Shown piece after piece: positions 9,915-18,938 of a stretch of 64,000 nucleotides of DNA. A program made the translations under genes and the position numbers. Below the pieces are notes generated by a model. The model saw only the letters and a program-made list of their open reading frames with translations, was not told the origin of the DNA and made no database searches. The DNA is from an uncultured Eggerthellaceae bacterium. Lineage in GTDB: Bacteria > Actinomycetota > Coriobacteriia > Coriobacteriales > Eggerthellaceae. The stretch spans positions 1,917 through 65,916 of the forward strand of contig CAYZCY010000002.1 in assembly GCA_964477115.1 (NCBI GenBank). The letters run 5' to 3'. Numbering within the stretch: the stretch's first letter is position 1; every line of letters begins with the position of its first letter.

Positions 9915-12700
9915 TATTCGGTTCTCTCGATTTCCTTGATGGTGTAGCCCTCGATCGTGTCACCGATCTTGAGGTCCTGGAACTTCTCGATGCCGATGCC
10001 GCACTCATAGCCCTGCTTGACGGACTTGACGTCGTCCTTGAATCGACGCAGAGAGGCAAGGGAGCCTTCGAAAATAACGGTGCCGTCACGGACGATGCGA
10101 ACCTTGTCATCGCGATGGATCTCACCCTCGGTGATGTAGCAGCCGGCGATGGTGCCCACCTTGGGAACCTTGAAGGTCTCGCGAACCTCTGCGATACCGG
10201 TGTCGACCTCGACGATATCGGGGGAAAGCAGGCCGACGCGTGCGGCGTTGATCTCCTCGATTGCCTGGTAGATGACGCGGTACAAGCGGATGTCGACCTT
10301 TTCCTTCTCGGCCTGCTGCTTGGACTTGCCGGTCGGGCGAACGTTAAAGCCGATGATGATGGCGTCAGATGCAGATGCAAGGGTGACGTCGGTCTCGGTA
10401 ATGCCGCCGACTGCAGCATGAACGATGTTGATGCGAACCTCGGACTGATCCATCTTGCCGAAGGCGTCACGCAAAGCCTCGATGGAGCCCTGAACGTCGG
10501 CCTTGACGATGAGGTTGAGGTCGGTCTGCTTGCCCTCTTCGATGCGGCTGAAGAGATCATCAAGGCTCATATGAGACTTGGTCTCCTGCTCAGCGAGGCG
10601 TGCGCGAAGAGCGCGCTCTTCGGCAAGCTTGCGAGCGTCGCGCTCATCTTCGAAGACACGGAACTCATCACCTGCGGTGGGAACGGAGGAAAGACCGAGG
10701 ATCTCGACCGGGTCGGACGGGCCGGCAACGGACACGTGCTCGCCACGCGGGTTGATAAGGGCGCGGACGCGACCATAGGCAGTACCTGCGACCAGAACGT
10801 CACCCGTGCGAAGGGTACCGCGCTGCACGAGAACGGTTGCAACGGGGCCGCGACCCTTGTCGAGGTTTGCCTCGATAACGCAGCCCGAGGCAAGCGCATC
10901 CGGGTTGGCCTTGAGTTCGAGAACCTCTGCCTGGAGAATGATGGTCTCAAGCAGATCGTCGATGAACATCTTCTTCTTAGCGGAAACCTCGACGAACATG
11001 TTGGATCCGCCCCATTCCTCGGGAATGACGCCGTGCTCAACAAGCTCCTGACGAACGCGGTCGGGGTTTGCACCCGGCTTGTCAATCTTGTTGACCGCTA
11101 CGACAATCGGAACGTCGGCAGCCTTAGCATGGTTGATGGCCTCAACCGTCTGGGGCATAACGCCGTCATCCGCCGCTACAACAAGGACAATAACGTCGGT
11201 GACCTGGGCACCACGAGCACGCATGGCAGTGAAGGCCTCGTGACCGGGAGTGTCGATGAAGGTGATCTGACGACCGTCGATGTTTACCACAGAAGCACCG
11301 ATGTGCTGGGTGATGCCGCCAGCCTCGCCCGCTGCCACGCCGGTATGGCGAATGGCGTCGAGCAGCGAGGTCTTGCCGTGGTCAACGTGACCCATGACGG
11401 TAACCACCGGCGGACGCGACTTAAGATCAGCTTCAGTGTCGTTGTACACGATCGCGTACTCTTCCTCGGGAGAGACAACGCGAACCTTGCGACCCATGTC
11501 GTCAGCGATGAGCTCGACCATGTCGTCTCCCATGGTCTGGGTCAGGGTAAGCACCTGGCCAAGCATGAAAAGACGCTTGATGACCTCGTTGGGTTGAACG
11601 CCGAGAAGCTCGGCGAACTTGGCCACGGTGGCACCCTGCGGAATCTCGACAACGGAATCGTCGAGAACCAGATCGGGATCAAGACCGCGCTCGATAGCCT
11701 CGAGCTCGGCACGCTCGCGAGCTTCGGCTACACGCTTCTCCTTACGCTTCTTGCGTCGGCCCTCGCCCTCGTGGGTGCTTGCTGCGGCAACGGCAGCACG
11801 CGCCTCTGCGAGCACCTTGTCACGCTGAAGCTTTTCAGCCTGAACGGCCATCTGAGCGTAGCGATCCTCTTCCTGCACGGGCTGGACCTCGAGCTCGGGA
11901 ACTACCTGGACGGGAGTCTTCTTGCCCTTCTTGCCACCCTGAGCCTTGGCATCCTTCTTAGAGCGAGATGCAGAGTCGTTTGCGGGACGCGCAGACTTCT
12001 TAGCCGCAGGCTGAGCGGGGGCGTTCTTCTGAGACTCGATGCGCTGCTTCTCAGATTCAATCTGGGAAAGCAGGGAGCTGAAGTTGGACTTGCGGCTCGA
12101 ACCCAATACGGGTGCGGACTTCTTTTCTGAACCAGGCTTTGTCGCAGGTGCAGCCTTCTTACCGCCGCGATTACGAAGGGCCTCTTCGACTGCCTGCTTC
12201 TTGGCAACCTCAGCTGCGTTCTTCTCTGCGCGGGCACGGGCGCGGGCCTCGGCCTTTTCGCGCTCAACGCGCTCTTTTTCGGACTCGATCTGGCTTACGA
12301 GGCTTTCGAAACCGCTCGTTGCAGGAGCCTTCTTGACCTGCTTCTTTTCAGGAGCAACTTCAGCATCAGAGGGCTCGTCGCTCACGCGACGCGAACGAGC
12401 GGCCTCGCGCATGGCGAGTTCCTTCTCAACCGCAGCACGACGTGCAGCCTCAGCTTCGGCCTTGGCGCGCTCGGCTTCCTCCTGCTCCTTCTTGAGAGCA
12501 GCGGCTTCCTCGGCTTCAAGATGACCGGTGCGCTGCTTAATCTCAGGCTCAATGTTCTTGCGAATCTTCTCAACGTTCGCATCGGACAAAATACTCGCAT
12601 GAGACTTTGCCGGGATCTTCATATCACGAAGACGATCGAGCAAGTCCTTGCTCGTCATATCAAATTCTTTAGCAAGTTCATGTACGCGCATGCTACCCAT
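9914..12700 (-). CDS. infB: Translation initiation factor IF-2
   Basis: 928 aa with G-domain motifs [20 protein letters not shown] and NKIDK. The N-terminal region is Lys/Ala/Glu-rich and low in complexity. AGGAGAG lies 7 nt before the ATG. Confidence 0.95.
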   Translation of the reverse strand: MGSMRVHELAKEFDMTSKDLLDRLRDMKIPAKSHASILSDANVEKIRKNIEPEIKQRTGHLEAEEAAALKKEQEEAERAKAEAEAARRAAVEKELAMREAARSRRVSDEPSDAEVAPEKKQVKKAPATSGFESLVSQIESEKERVEREKAEARARARAEKNAAEVAKKQAVEEALRNRGGKKAAPATKPGSEKKSAPVLGSSRKSNFSSLLSQIESEKQRIESQKNAPAQPAAKKSARPANDSASRSKKDAKAQGGKKGKKTPVQVVPELEVQPVQEEDRYAQMAVQAEKLQRDKVLAEARAAVAAASTHEGEGRRKKRKEKRVAEARERAELEAIERGLDPDLVLDDSVVEIPQGATVAKFAELLGVQPNEVIKRLFMLGQVLTLTQTMGDDMVELIADDMGRKVRVVSPEEEYAIVYNDTEADLKSRPPVVTVMGHVDHGKTSLLDAIRHTGVAAGEAGGITQHIGASVVNIDGRQITFIDTPGHEAFTAMRARGAQVTDVIVLVVAADDGVMPQTVEAINHAKAADVPIVVAVNKIDKPGANPDRVRQELVEHGVIPEEWGGSNMFVEVSAKKKMFIDDLLETIILQAEVLELKANPDALASGCVIEANLDKGRGPVATVLVQRGTLRTGDVLVAGTAYGRVRALINPRGEHVSVAGPSDPVEILGLSSVPTAGDEFRVFEDERDARKLAEERALRARLAEQETKSHMSLDDLFSRIEEGKQTDLNLIVKADVQGSIEALRDAFGKMDQSEVRINIVHAAVGGITETDVTLASASDAIIIGFNVRPTGKSKQQAEKEKVDIRLYRVIYQAIEEINAARVGLLSPDIVEVDTGIAEVRETFKVPKVGTIAGCYITEGEIHRDDKVRIVRDGTVIFEGSLASLRRFKDDVKSVKQGYECGIGIEKFQDLKIGDTIEGYTIKEIERTE

Positions 12701-12711
12701 ACACCACTCTC

Positions 12712-13008
12712 CTAATCTAATGTCTTTGCGTCATCGACGCAGGCGAGCTTGCCCGCGATAGTTTCGTAATCTTGCTCGGAGACCTTCATTCGAAGGGCAC
12801 GGTCGAGCTTTTTAGCCTTGCGTGCAACCGCGAAGCACTGAGCCGAGCAAACGTACGCACCGCGACCGGCCATTCGACCGCTCGCATCGAAAAGGGCAGA
12901 GCCCTCGCTCGAACGAACAATGCGGTGCAGGGAGGACTTGCCATCCTGCTTCCCGCATGCGATGCAGCTACGCTGGCGTTTTTGTGCTCCCTGGGTCAAG
13001 TGACGCAC
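12712..13008 (-). CDS. ylxR: YlxR/RnpM family protein (DUF448)
   Basis: 98 aa with the RSCIACG..LHRIVR motif. It holds the conserved position between nusA and infB. GTG start. Confidence 0.8.
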   Translation of the reverse strand: MRHLTQGAQKRQRSCIACGKQDGKSSLHRIVRSSEGSALFDASGRMAGRGAYVCSAQCFAVARKAKKLDRALRMKVSEQDYETIAGKLACVDDAKTLD

Positions 13009-13016
13009 CTCAGTCC

Positions 13017-14222
13017 TTAGTCTTCCATGTCCGCATGGATACCGCAGAAGCGGCTACCGGGGCGAGCATGGTTGCGGCAGCGAGTTCCGTCCTCTGCCTC
13101 ATAGCAGCAAATGCCGGACTCGTCTTCTTCTTCCTCCTCGTCAATGAGGACATTGCTCACCGCGGGGGTGCCGGCAAAGCTTGCGCTCTTGATGTCGATG
13201 TGCCAACCGGTGAGACGCGCGGCAAGACGAGCGTTCTGGCCCTCCTTGCCGATGGCGAGGGAAAGCTGATCGTCGGGGACGATGACGGTTGCGTAATGGT
13301 TGTCCTCGTCGATGGAAACATGGGTGACCTTGGCCGGGGACAAGGCGTTTGCTACATAGCTTGCCGGGTTTTCGCTCCACTGGATGACGTCGACGCGCTC
13401 GTTGCGCAGCTCTTCAACAACCATGCGGACGCGGGAGCCCTTGGGGCCGACGCATGCGCCAACCGGATCAAGGTTTGCCTCACGAGAGAAGACGGCAACC
13501 TTGGAACGGGCGCCGGGCTCGCGGGCGATAGACTTGATCTCGACAACGCCGTCGTAGATCTCCGGAACTTCGATTTCGAAGAGACGACGAATCAGGTCGG
13601 GGTGGGTGCGGGAGACCACGATGGACGGGCGGGCCTGCTCGCCACGAGCACGCGGTGCATCAGAGTTGGGGTCGCGGACCTCGATGATGAGAACCTTCAG
13701 ACGCTGGTTATGGCGATAATGCTCGTTATTGGGGCGCTCGTTGCGCTCACCCGGGTTGCGCTTCACGTCATAGTGAGGAAGCTCTGCCTCAACGCCGTCG
13801 CGGATCTTGATGATGGTGAACTCGGGAGTGCCCTGAAGCACGGTGCCCGTGACCAGGTCACCCACGCGATCGGAGAACTCCTCGTAGATGGACTGACGGC
13901 CAGCATCACGAACGATGGCGGCAATGACGCCCTTGGCGTTCTGAGCGGCAATGCGGCTCACGTCCGCAGGAGTGACATCGCGCTCCTCGAACTCAGTGTA
14001 TTCGCCGGTTTCCTCATCCGGCTCGCCAACGGGAACGAGCTCGTACACGTAGATATGACCGGTCTGACGGTCGATAGTAACGCGCGCATCCCACTCAAGA
14101 TCGAGGATATGCTGGTAGCTGCGAGCAAGCGAAGCCTCAAGGCGCTCGATAAGGTAAAACTCGTCGATCTTACGCTCATGAGCAAGAGCCTGCAGAGCTT
14201 CGATCAGTTCAGAAGTTGCCAC
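13017..14222 (-). CDS. nusA: Transcription termination/antitermination factor NusA
   Basis: 401 aa with S1 and two KH regions (KGSRVRMVVEEL; AIGKEGQNARLAARLTGWHIDIKS). GTG start. The C-terminus carries an acidic run and a Cys-rich tail. Confidence 0.95.
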   Translation of the reverse strand: MATSELIEALQALAHERKIDEFYLIERLEASLARSYQHILDLEWDARVTIDRQTGHIYVYELVPVGEPDEETGEYTEFEERDVTPADVSRIAAQNAKGVIAAIVRDAGRQSIYEEFSDRVGDLVTGTVLQGTPEFTIIKIRDGVEAELPHYDVKRNPGERNERPNNEHYRHNQRLKVLIIEVRDPNSDAPRARGEQARPSIVVSRTHPDLIRRLFEIEVPEIYDGVVEIKSIAREPGARSKVAVFSREANLDPVGACVGPKGSRVRMVVEELRNERVDVIQWSENPASYVANALSPAKVTHVSIDEDNHYATVIVPDDQLSLAIGKEGQNARLAARLTGWHIDIKSASFAGTPAVSNVLIDEEEEEDESGICCYEAEDGTRCRNHARPGSRFCGIHADMED

Positions 14223-14241
14223 GTCTTCGTTTCCTTTCCAA

Positions 14242-14709
14242 TTACTTAAACTCGATAACGCCCTTGATGTGGGCTTTCTTGATATTGCTCAGAGGAAGGC
14301 TCACGCGCTCCCCTTCCACTTCCAGCAGGACGCACTCATCTTCGACGCCAAGCAGAACACCGGTCCAGTTGCTCCTGCCGCTTTCGGCGGAAGACATCTT
14401 GACAACCGCGGTGTCTCCGGCAAAGCGCTCGAAATGCTCGACGGTGCGAAGGGGCCTGTCAATGCCGGGTGAGGAGACTTCCAAGGTGTAGGCACCCGGG
14501 AACGGATCGATTTCGTCCATGATGTCGTTCACCCAGGCCTGAGTTGAGGCCAGGACGTCGAAACTCGCACCTTCGGGGGAATCGACATACACGCGAATCG
14601 TGGGCGACTTTTTTGCACCCGTGATCTCTATGGTGACGATTTCGACACCCTCTTGCTGGGCTCGAGGCTCCAAAGCCTCAAGGAGACTTTTCTCCTTAGC
14701 AGTAAGCAC
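14242..14709 (-). CDS. rimP: Ribosome maturation factor RimP
   Basis: 155 aa and first gene of the nusA-infB operon. GTG start with AGGAGG 7 nt upstream. Confidence 0.9.
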   Translation of the reverse strand: MLTAKEKSLLEALEPRAQQEGVEIVTIEITGAKKSPTIRVYVDSPEGASFDVLASTQAWVNDIMDEIDPFPGAYTLEVSSPGIDRPLRTVEHFERFAGDTAVVKMSSAESGRSNWTGVLLGVEDECVLLEVEGERVSLPLSNIKKAHIKGVIEFK

Positions 14710-14753
14710 GGTTCAACCTCCTTATCTACTGCTGAAAACCTACGCTATGCCCT

Positions 14754-14786
14754 AACAACAAAAGAAAGCGGGACAAGCCCACTTTC
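14754..14786 (-). terminator. Intrinsic-terminator-like hairpin inside the rimP-nusA-infB leader (candidate attenuator)
   Basis: The minus-strand RNA reads GAAAGUGGG-cuugu-CCCGCUUUC (9 bp including one G.U) followed directly by UUUUGUUGUU. It lies about 45 nt upstream of the rimP GTG and downstream of an extended -10 element. Confidence 0.5.
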
Positions 14787-14832
14787 TCGAAATCAGCGAA
14801 AGTTGTAGTGCCGTAGCGCATACGACATGATA

Positions 14833-14841
14833 TTTATACCA
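14833..14841 (-). promoter_or_regulatory. Extended -10 promoter element (TGgTATAAA) for the rimP-nusA-infB operon
   Basis: The minus strand reads TGGTATAAA, close to the TGnTATAAT consensus. No good -35 is seen. It would give a leader of roughly 115 nt. Confidence 0.4.
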
Positions 14842-14943
14842 CAAGTCAGTTTCTATTCATAGTGCTGATCTGCGCTTATTCATCAAGCATCCATGAAGTG
14901 TCTGCGAGCGGCAAGGTATAACGAGCATCTTTTGACCCAAGAC

Positions 14944-14979
14944 GCAAGGGGTGGCCCGCAAATGCGACCCACCCCTTGC
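14944..14979 (-). terminator. Terminator-like hairpin downstream of the DAACS symporter gene
   Basis: An 11-bp perfect stem (gcaaggggtgg / ccaccccttgc) sits 23 nt after the stop codon. There is no clear U-tract. Confidence 0.5.
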
Positions 14980-15001
14980 AATAACCGTGCATACGGCTGG
15001 C

Positions 15002-16291
15002 TTATGCTGCAGCAGCTGCCTTCTTTTCAGCCTTGCGCTTCTCCATAGAGTCAACGCAGTTAGCGACGCAGGAGTCACCGGTGACGTTGACGACGGTGCG
15101 CATCATGTCGAGGATGCGGTCGACGCCAGCGACGAGAGCGATACCCTCAACCGGTAGACCGACGGACTGGAGAACCATGGCGAGCATGATCATGCCAGAG
15201 CCCGGAACGCCAGCGGTGCCGATGGAGGCAAGCACGGCGGTGAGGACGATGGTGACCTGCTGACCGAGGGAGAGATCGATACCAAAGACGGAGGCGATGA
15301 AGATCGCGCAAACGCCCTGATAGATCGCGGTGCCGTCCATGTTGATGGTTGCGCCGAGGGGAAGAACGAAGGAAGTGATCTCACGGGAGACACCGTTCTT
15401 CTCGGTGCAGTCCATGTTCAGAGGCAGCGTACCGACAGAAGATGCGGAGGCATAGGAGAAGCCCATGACCGGAGCGACGGACTTGAAGAACCCGAGAACG
15501 CTCTTACGTGCGAAGAACTTGATCAGTCCAGAGTAGACAAGGGTCATGTGGAGGATCATCGCAACGTAGGCGACGACGATGAGCCACAGAAGCGGAAGCA
15601 GCACGTCCGGACCGTTGTTGGCGACAACGGGAGCAATGAGGCCAAAAACGCCGAAGGGAGCAACGGCGATGATGTAGTGCATGATCTTAATGCACACGTC
15701 AGACATAGCGTTCACGAAGTCAGCAACGGGTTTTGCCTTCTTGCCAACGCCGATAATGCCAAAGCCGAAGAACAGAGCGATGACGATGCACTGAAGCATG
15801 GTCGCGCTAGCCATGGGCTCGACGAAGTTCGACGGGAAGATGTTGACGATGGTGTCAATGAAAGACGGCGCTTCTTTGGCCTCGTAGGCAAGCTCGCTTG
15901 CGGGAAGCACGTAGTTTGCACCCACGTTCATGACGTTTGCCAAAACAATGCCGAGCGTAACGGCGAAAGCGGTGGTTGCCAAATAGAAAACGACGGTCTT
16001 GCCACCGATGCTGCCAACCTTCTTAACATCCTCGAGCGAGATAACGCCAGCGATGATGGAGAAGATGACGAGCGGAACAACGATCATCTTGATAAGGTTC
16101 AAGAAGATAGTGCCCAAAGGCTTGATGTAGGTGTCAGCAATCTCGGGCGAGCCCTGCAGGGCAAGACCGCAGATTACGCCGAGTACCAGGGCAATGAAGA
16201 TCCAAGTGGTGAGAGAGAACCTCTTGTACCAGGGCTTGGAAGTCTTGTCCTCGTTCTCGGGGTTGACCTGAGCGGTAATTTCCTCAGTCAT
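15002..16291 (-). CDS. Dicarboxylate/amino acid:cation symporter (DAACS family)
   Basis: 429 aa and polytopic, with family motifs ASSVGTLP, GATINMDGTAIYQG and VDRILDMMRTVVNVTGD. RBS GGAAGGGG. Confidence 0.9.
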   Translation of the reverse strand: MTEEITAQVNPENEDKTSKPWYKRFSLTTWIFIALVLGVICGLALQGSPEIADTYIKPLGTIFLNLIKMIVVPLVIFSIIAGVISLEDVKKVGSIGGKTVVFYLATTAFAVTLGIVLANVMNVGANYVLPASELAYEAKEAPSFIDTIVNIFPSNFVEPMASATMLQCIVIALFFGFGIIGVGKKAKPVADFVNAMSDVCIKIMHYIIAVAPFGVFGLIAPVVANNGPDVLLPLLWLIVVAYVAMILHMTLVYSGLIKFFARKSVLGFFKSVAPVMGFSYASASSVGTLPLNMDCTEKNGVSREITSFVLPLGATINMDGTAIYQGVCAIFIASVFGIDLSLGQQVTIVLTAVLASIGTAGVPGSGMIMLAMVLQSVGLPVEGIALVAGVDRILDMMRTVVNVTGDSCVANCVDSMEKRKAEKKAAAAA

Positions 16292-16320
16292 GAGAATCCC
16301 CTTCCAAAACGAATTTCATG

Positions 16321-16361
16321 GACAGGCCCGCATGATCCTCCCCTGATCATGCGGGCCTGTC
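16321..16361 (-). terminator. Perfect 17-bp stem-loop (terminator of the ligase transcript and/or a 5'-UTR structure of the symporter mRNA)
   Basis: gacaggcccgcatgatc (16321-16337) pairs perfectly with gatcatgcgggcctgtc (16345-16361) around a 7-nt loop. It lies 30 nt upstream of the symporter ATG. Confidence 0.6.
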
Positions 16362-16372
16362 TCAATTGACTA

Positions 16373-16378
16373 AATTAT
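16373..16378 (-). promoter_or_regulatory. Consensus -10 hexamer TATAAT upstream of the symporter gene
   Basis: The minus strand reads cgTATAATttag, 11 nt upstream of the 17-bp hairpin. No convincing -35 is present. Confidence 0.35.
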
Positions 16379-16422
16379 ACGCCTGCGCTAGCAGAGAGCG
16401 CGGCGAAAATGAACAGCTGTCT

Positions 16423-18114
16423 TTATTTGTCGGAATTTACAAGCTCAGCGGCCATTTCGCGCAGCTTGAACTTCTGGATCTTCATCGACGGAGTCATTGG
16501 GAAATCGTCGACGATGAACACACGCTTCGGAACCTTGTAACGCGCGATGCGCGGGATGGCCCACTCGCGAACATCGGCTTCCGTGAGATCCTCGTGTCCG
16601 GGGTGCACGCGGATGAAGGCGACGACGATCTCGCCGTACTTCTCATCGGGTGCGCCGACCACCTGGGCGTCCAGGATCTCGGGCATGCTCATGAGGAAGT
16701 TCTCCAGCTCGAGCGGGTAGATGTTCTCGCCGCCGCGGATGATCATGTCCTTAATACGGCCGGTAACGCGGTAATAGCCGTCTTCGTCAACCGTACCCAG
16801 GTCACCAGAGTGCAGGTATCCGTCGGCGTCGATGGCGCGGGCGGTCTCTTCGGGCATCTTGTAGTAGCCCTTCATGACGTTGTAGCCCTTGCAGCACAGC
16901 TCACCGTGCTCGCCGGGTGCGCAGATGTGACCGTCGTTGGGGTCGATGACGCGCACGTCCACCGGCGGGTGCTTCTTGCCAACCGTCTCGCACTTGTGCT
17001 CGATGTCGTCGTCGGCCGAGGTCTGGGTGAACACCGGGCTCGTCTCGGTGAGGCCGTAGCAGATGGTGATCTCGCGCATGTTCATCTTCTCCATGACCTC
17101 GCGCATGAGATCAGGCGGGCAGGAAGCGCCTGCCATGATGCCCGTGCGAAGGCAGGAAAGATCGTACTTCTCAAAATCGGGATGATTGAGTTCTGCGATG
17201 TACATGGTGGGTACGCCGTAGAGCGCGGTGGCGCGTTCCTTGTGAACCGCCTGCAGAACGAGGCTCGCGTTAAAGTCCTCGATGATGATCATGGTGCTGC
17301 GGTGAGTGAGACAGGCCATGACGCCGAGCACGCAACCGAAGCAGTGGAAGAAGGGTACGGGAAGCGTGACGCGGTCCTCGGCTCCCAGGCGCTGACCTTC
17401 GCCAATGTAGAAGCCGTTGTTCATGATGTTGCGGTGGGTGAGCATGACGCCCTTGGGATAGCCCGTGGTGCCGCTCGTGTACTGCATCATGACGACATCG
17501 TTGTTGTCGAACTGAGCCTCAGCCCACTCCAGGTCGGAATCGGGACGGTAGGAGCCGAGGAGCATGAGCTCGGGAACGCTATAGAAGCCGCGATGCTTTT
17601 CCGGACCCATGTAGATGAGGTTCTTGAGCATCGGGTACTCTTCGCTGTTGAGATAGCCTCTGGGCTGCTCGAGGGACTCGGGCACAAGCTCGCGAATGAT
17701 CTGGATGTAGTCGACATCTCGGTATGCGTCGATGATGCAAAGCGCCTTCATGTCGGACTGCTTGAGCACATAGGAAACCTCATGGCCCTTATACACGGGG
17801 TTAACGGTAACCATGACGATGCCGACCTTGGCAGTGGCATACATGAAGGTCAGCCAGTCGGGGATGTTGCGGGCCCATACGCCGAGGTGATCGCCCGGCT
17901 TCATGCCAATAGCGAGCAAACCCTTAGCCAGGTTGTCAGTTCTCTCGTCAAAGTCCTTGTAAGACCAGCGAAGGTCGCGATCGGGATAGATGACAAACTC
18001 GTGGTCGGGGTCAATTGCAACCTGGTCGCGGAAATAACGGCCGATGGTCTTTTCGGAGTGCAGGGGGTAGTCGAAATCGCCCGGTACGGGCTCGCGCTTA
18101 ACTTCTTCTGTCAT
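16423..18114 (-). CDS. AMP-dependent acyl-CoA synthetase/ligase
   Basis: 563 aa with the AMP-binding signature [12 protein letters not shown], plus YGLTETSP and [27 protein letters not shown]. Confidence 0.9.
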   Translation of the reverse strand: MTEEVKREPVPGDFDYPLHSEKTIGRYFRDQVAIDPDHEFVIYPDRDLRWSYKDFDERTDNLAKGLLAIGMKPGDHLGVWARNIPDWLTFMYATAKVGIVMVTVNPVYKGHEVSYVLKQSDMKALCIIDAYRDVDYIQIIRELVPESLEQPRGYLNSEEYPMLKNLIYMGPEKHRGFYSVPELMLLGSYRPDSDLEWAEAQFDNNDVVMMQYTSGTTGYPKGVMLTHRNIMNNGFYIGEGQRLGAEDRVTLPVPFFHCFGCVLGVMACLTHRSTMIIIEDFNASLVLQAVHKERATALYGVPTMYIAELNHPDFEKYDLSCLRTGIMAGASCPPDLMREVMEKMNMREITICYGLTETSPVFTQTSADDDIEHKCETVGKKHPPVDVRVIDPNDGHICAPGEHGELCCKGYNVMKGYYKMPEETARAIDADGYLHSGDLGTVDEDGYYRVTGRIKDMIIRGGENIYPLELENFLMSMPEILDAQVVGAPDEKYGEIVVAFIRVHPGHEDLTEADVREWAIPRIARYKVPKRVFIVDDFPMTPSMKIQKFKLREMAAELVNSDK

Positions 18115-18192
18115 TGTTCAATATCTTTCTCGCAGCGACACGATATGCGATATCGTCGCTCAATAATCGGATGTGCATACACCCCTCTGAGG

Positions 18193-18774
18193 CTAGAGCG
18201 GGGTGTAGACGCAGGCAAGGAACTTTGCAGTTTGGCCATTATGAGCGCGCACCTGATGCGGGACGATGGAATCGTAGTAGATGCTCTCACCGGGACCGAG
18301 GACGTAGATCTCCTTACCGTACTCGATCTCGATTTCGCCCTCCATGCCGAAGAGCCATTCCTCGCCTTCATGACCGACGAGCTCATGCTCGGTCTCGCCC
18401 TTAGGGTCAACCGTGATGATGAAGGGATCCATATGACGCGAGGGACGACCGGCCGCTAAGCTGAAGTAGCTCAGATCATTGCCGTCGTTAGCGGTCTGGA
18501 ACGACTTGACGCGCTCAACCTCAGTCATCTGATCCTGATTGATATACGCAGGGCCGAAGTCCTCGTCGTCATCCATGAGCGTACCGAGGCGAACACCGAG
18601 TGCACGCGTGATCTTGATAAGCGGAGCGAGGGAGGCAGGCGCCTTGCCAGACTCAAGGTCCTCGATCACGGATAGCTCACAGCTGCAACGATCCGCCAGA
18701 TCCTGTGCGCTGAGATGATGCGCCGTACGCAAAGTGGTAATTTTCTGACCGAGTCTGTTCTCTTCCTGAGACAT
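18193..18774 (-). CDS. XRE-family HTH transcriptional regulator with a C-terminal cupin domain
   Basis: The HTH reads LGQKITTLRTAHHLSAQDLADRCSCELSVIEDLESGK and the cupin reads HEGEEWLFGMEGEIEIEYG..PHQVRA. I prefer the ATG at 18774 (GGAG 7 nt upstream). The ORF track extends to 18798. Confidence 0.85.
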   Translation of the reverse strand: MSQEENRLGQKITTLRTAHHLSAQDLADRCSCELSVIEDLESGKAPASLAPLIKITRALGVRLGTLMDDDEDFGPAYINQDQMTEVERVKSFQTANDGNDLSYFSLAAGRPSRHMDPFIITVDPKGETEHELVGHEGEEWLFGMEGEIEIEYGKEIYVLGPGESIYYDSIVPHQVRAHNGQTAKFLACVYTPL

Positions 18775-18938
18775 TTCCCATCTCCATTCAATACTCATAG
18801 CCTATCGAAAGCACTCAAAAAAACATAATCTCTAATTATGCATTGTCCCCGTCGATATGAGTACCAAATTCGGTATTAATTACCTTTGAGAAGGTAAGCG
18901 CACGAGCGCACGAGCGTTTACGCACATCGTATGCAAAG

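Noticed and set aside
9896-12130. Very long plus-strand ORFs lie antisense to strong minus-strand genes. Examples are 744 aa opposite infB, 661 aa at 30113..32098 opposite thrS, 654 aa at 2526..4490 opposite hppA, 697 aa at 16366..18459 opposite the CoA ligase and 496 aa at 37825..39315 opposite tig. I considered whether they are overlapping or antisense genes.
   Set aside because: In the three cases I checked (infB, thrS, hppA), the antisense ORF shares the same codon boundaries as the sense gene. It stays open simply because the sense genes avoid TTA/CTA/TCA codons, a codon-bias effect of GC-rich genomes. The translations are compositionally odd (Gly/Asp/Val/Leu/His-rich), have no recognisable motifs and have no RBS, while the sense strands carry unmistakable family signatures.
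11700-12560. The repetitive Lys/Ala/Glu/Arg-rich coding stretch at the 5' end of infB, considered as a possible repeat element.
   Set aside because: It is in frame with the IF-2 G-domain and corresponds to the variable low-complexity N-terminal region that is normal for IF-2. No exact nucleotide repeats were seen.
18898-18916. The tandem gcgcacga x2 (+gcg) just downstream of the reductase stop codon.
   Set aside because: It is very short and GC-rich and is probably a slippage product or part of weak secondary structure. Nothing links it to a function.
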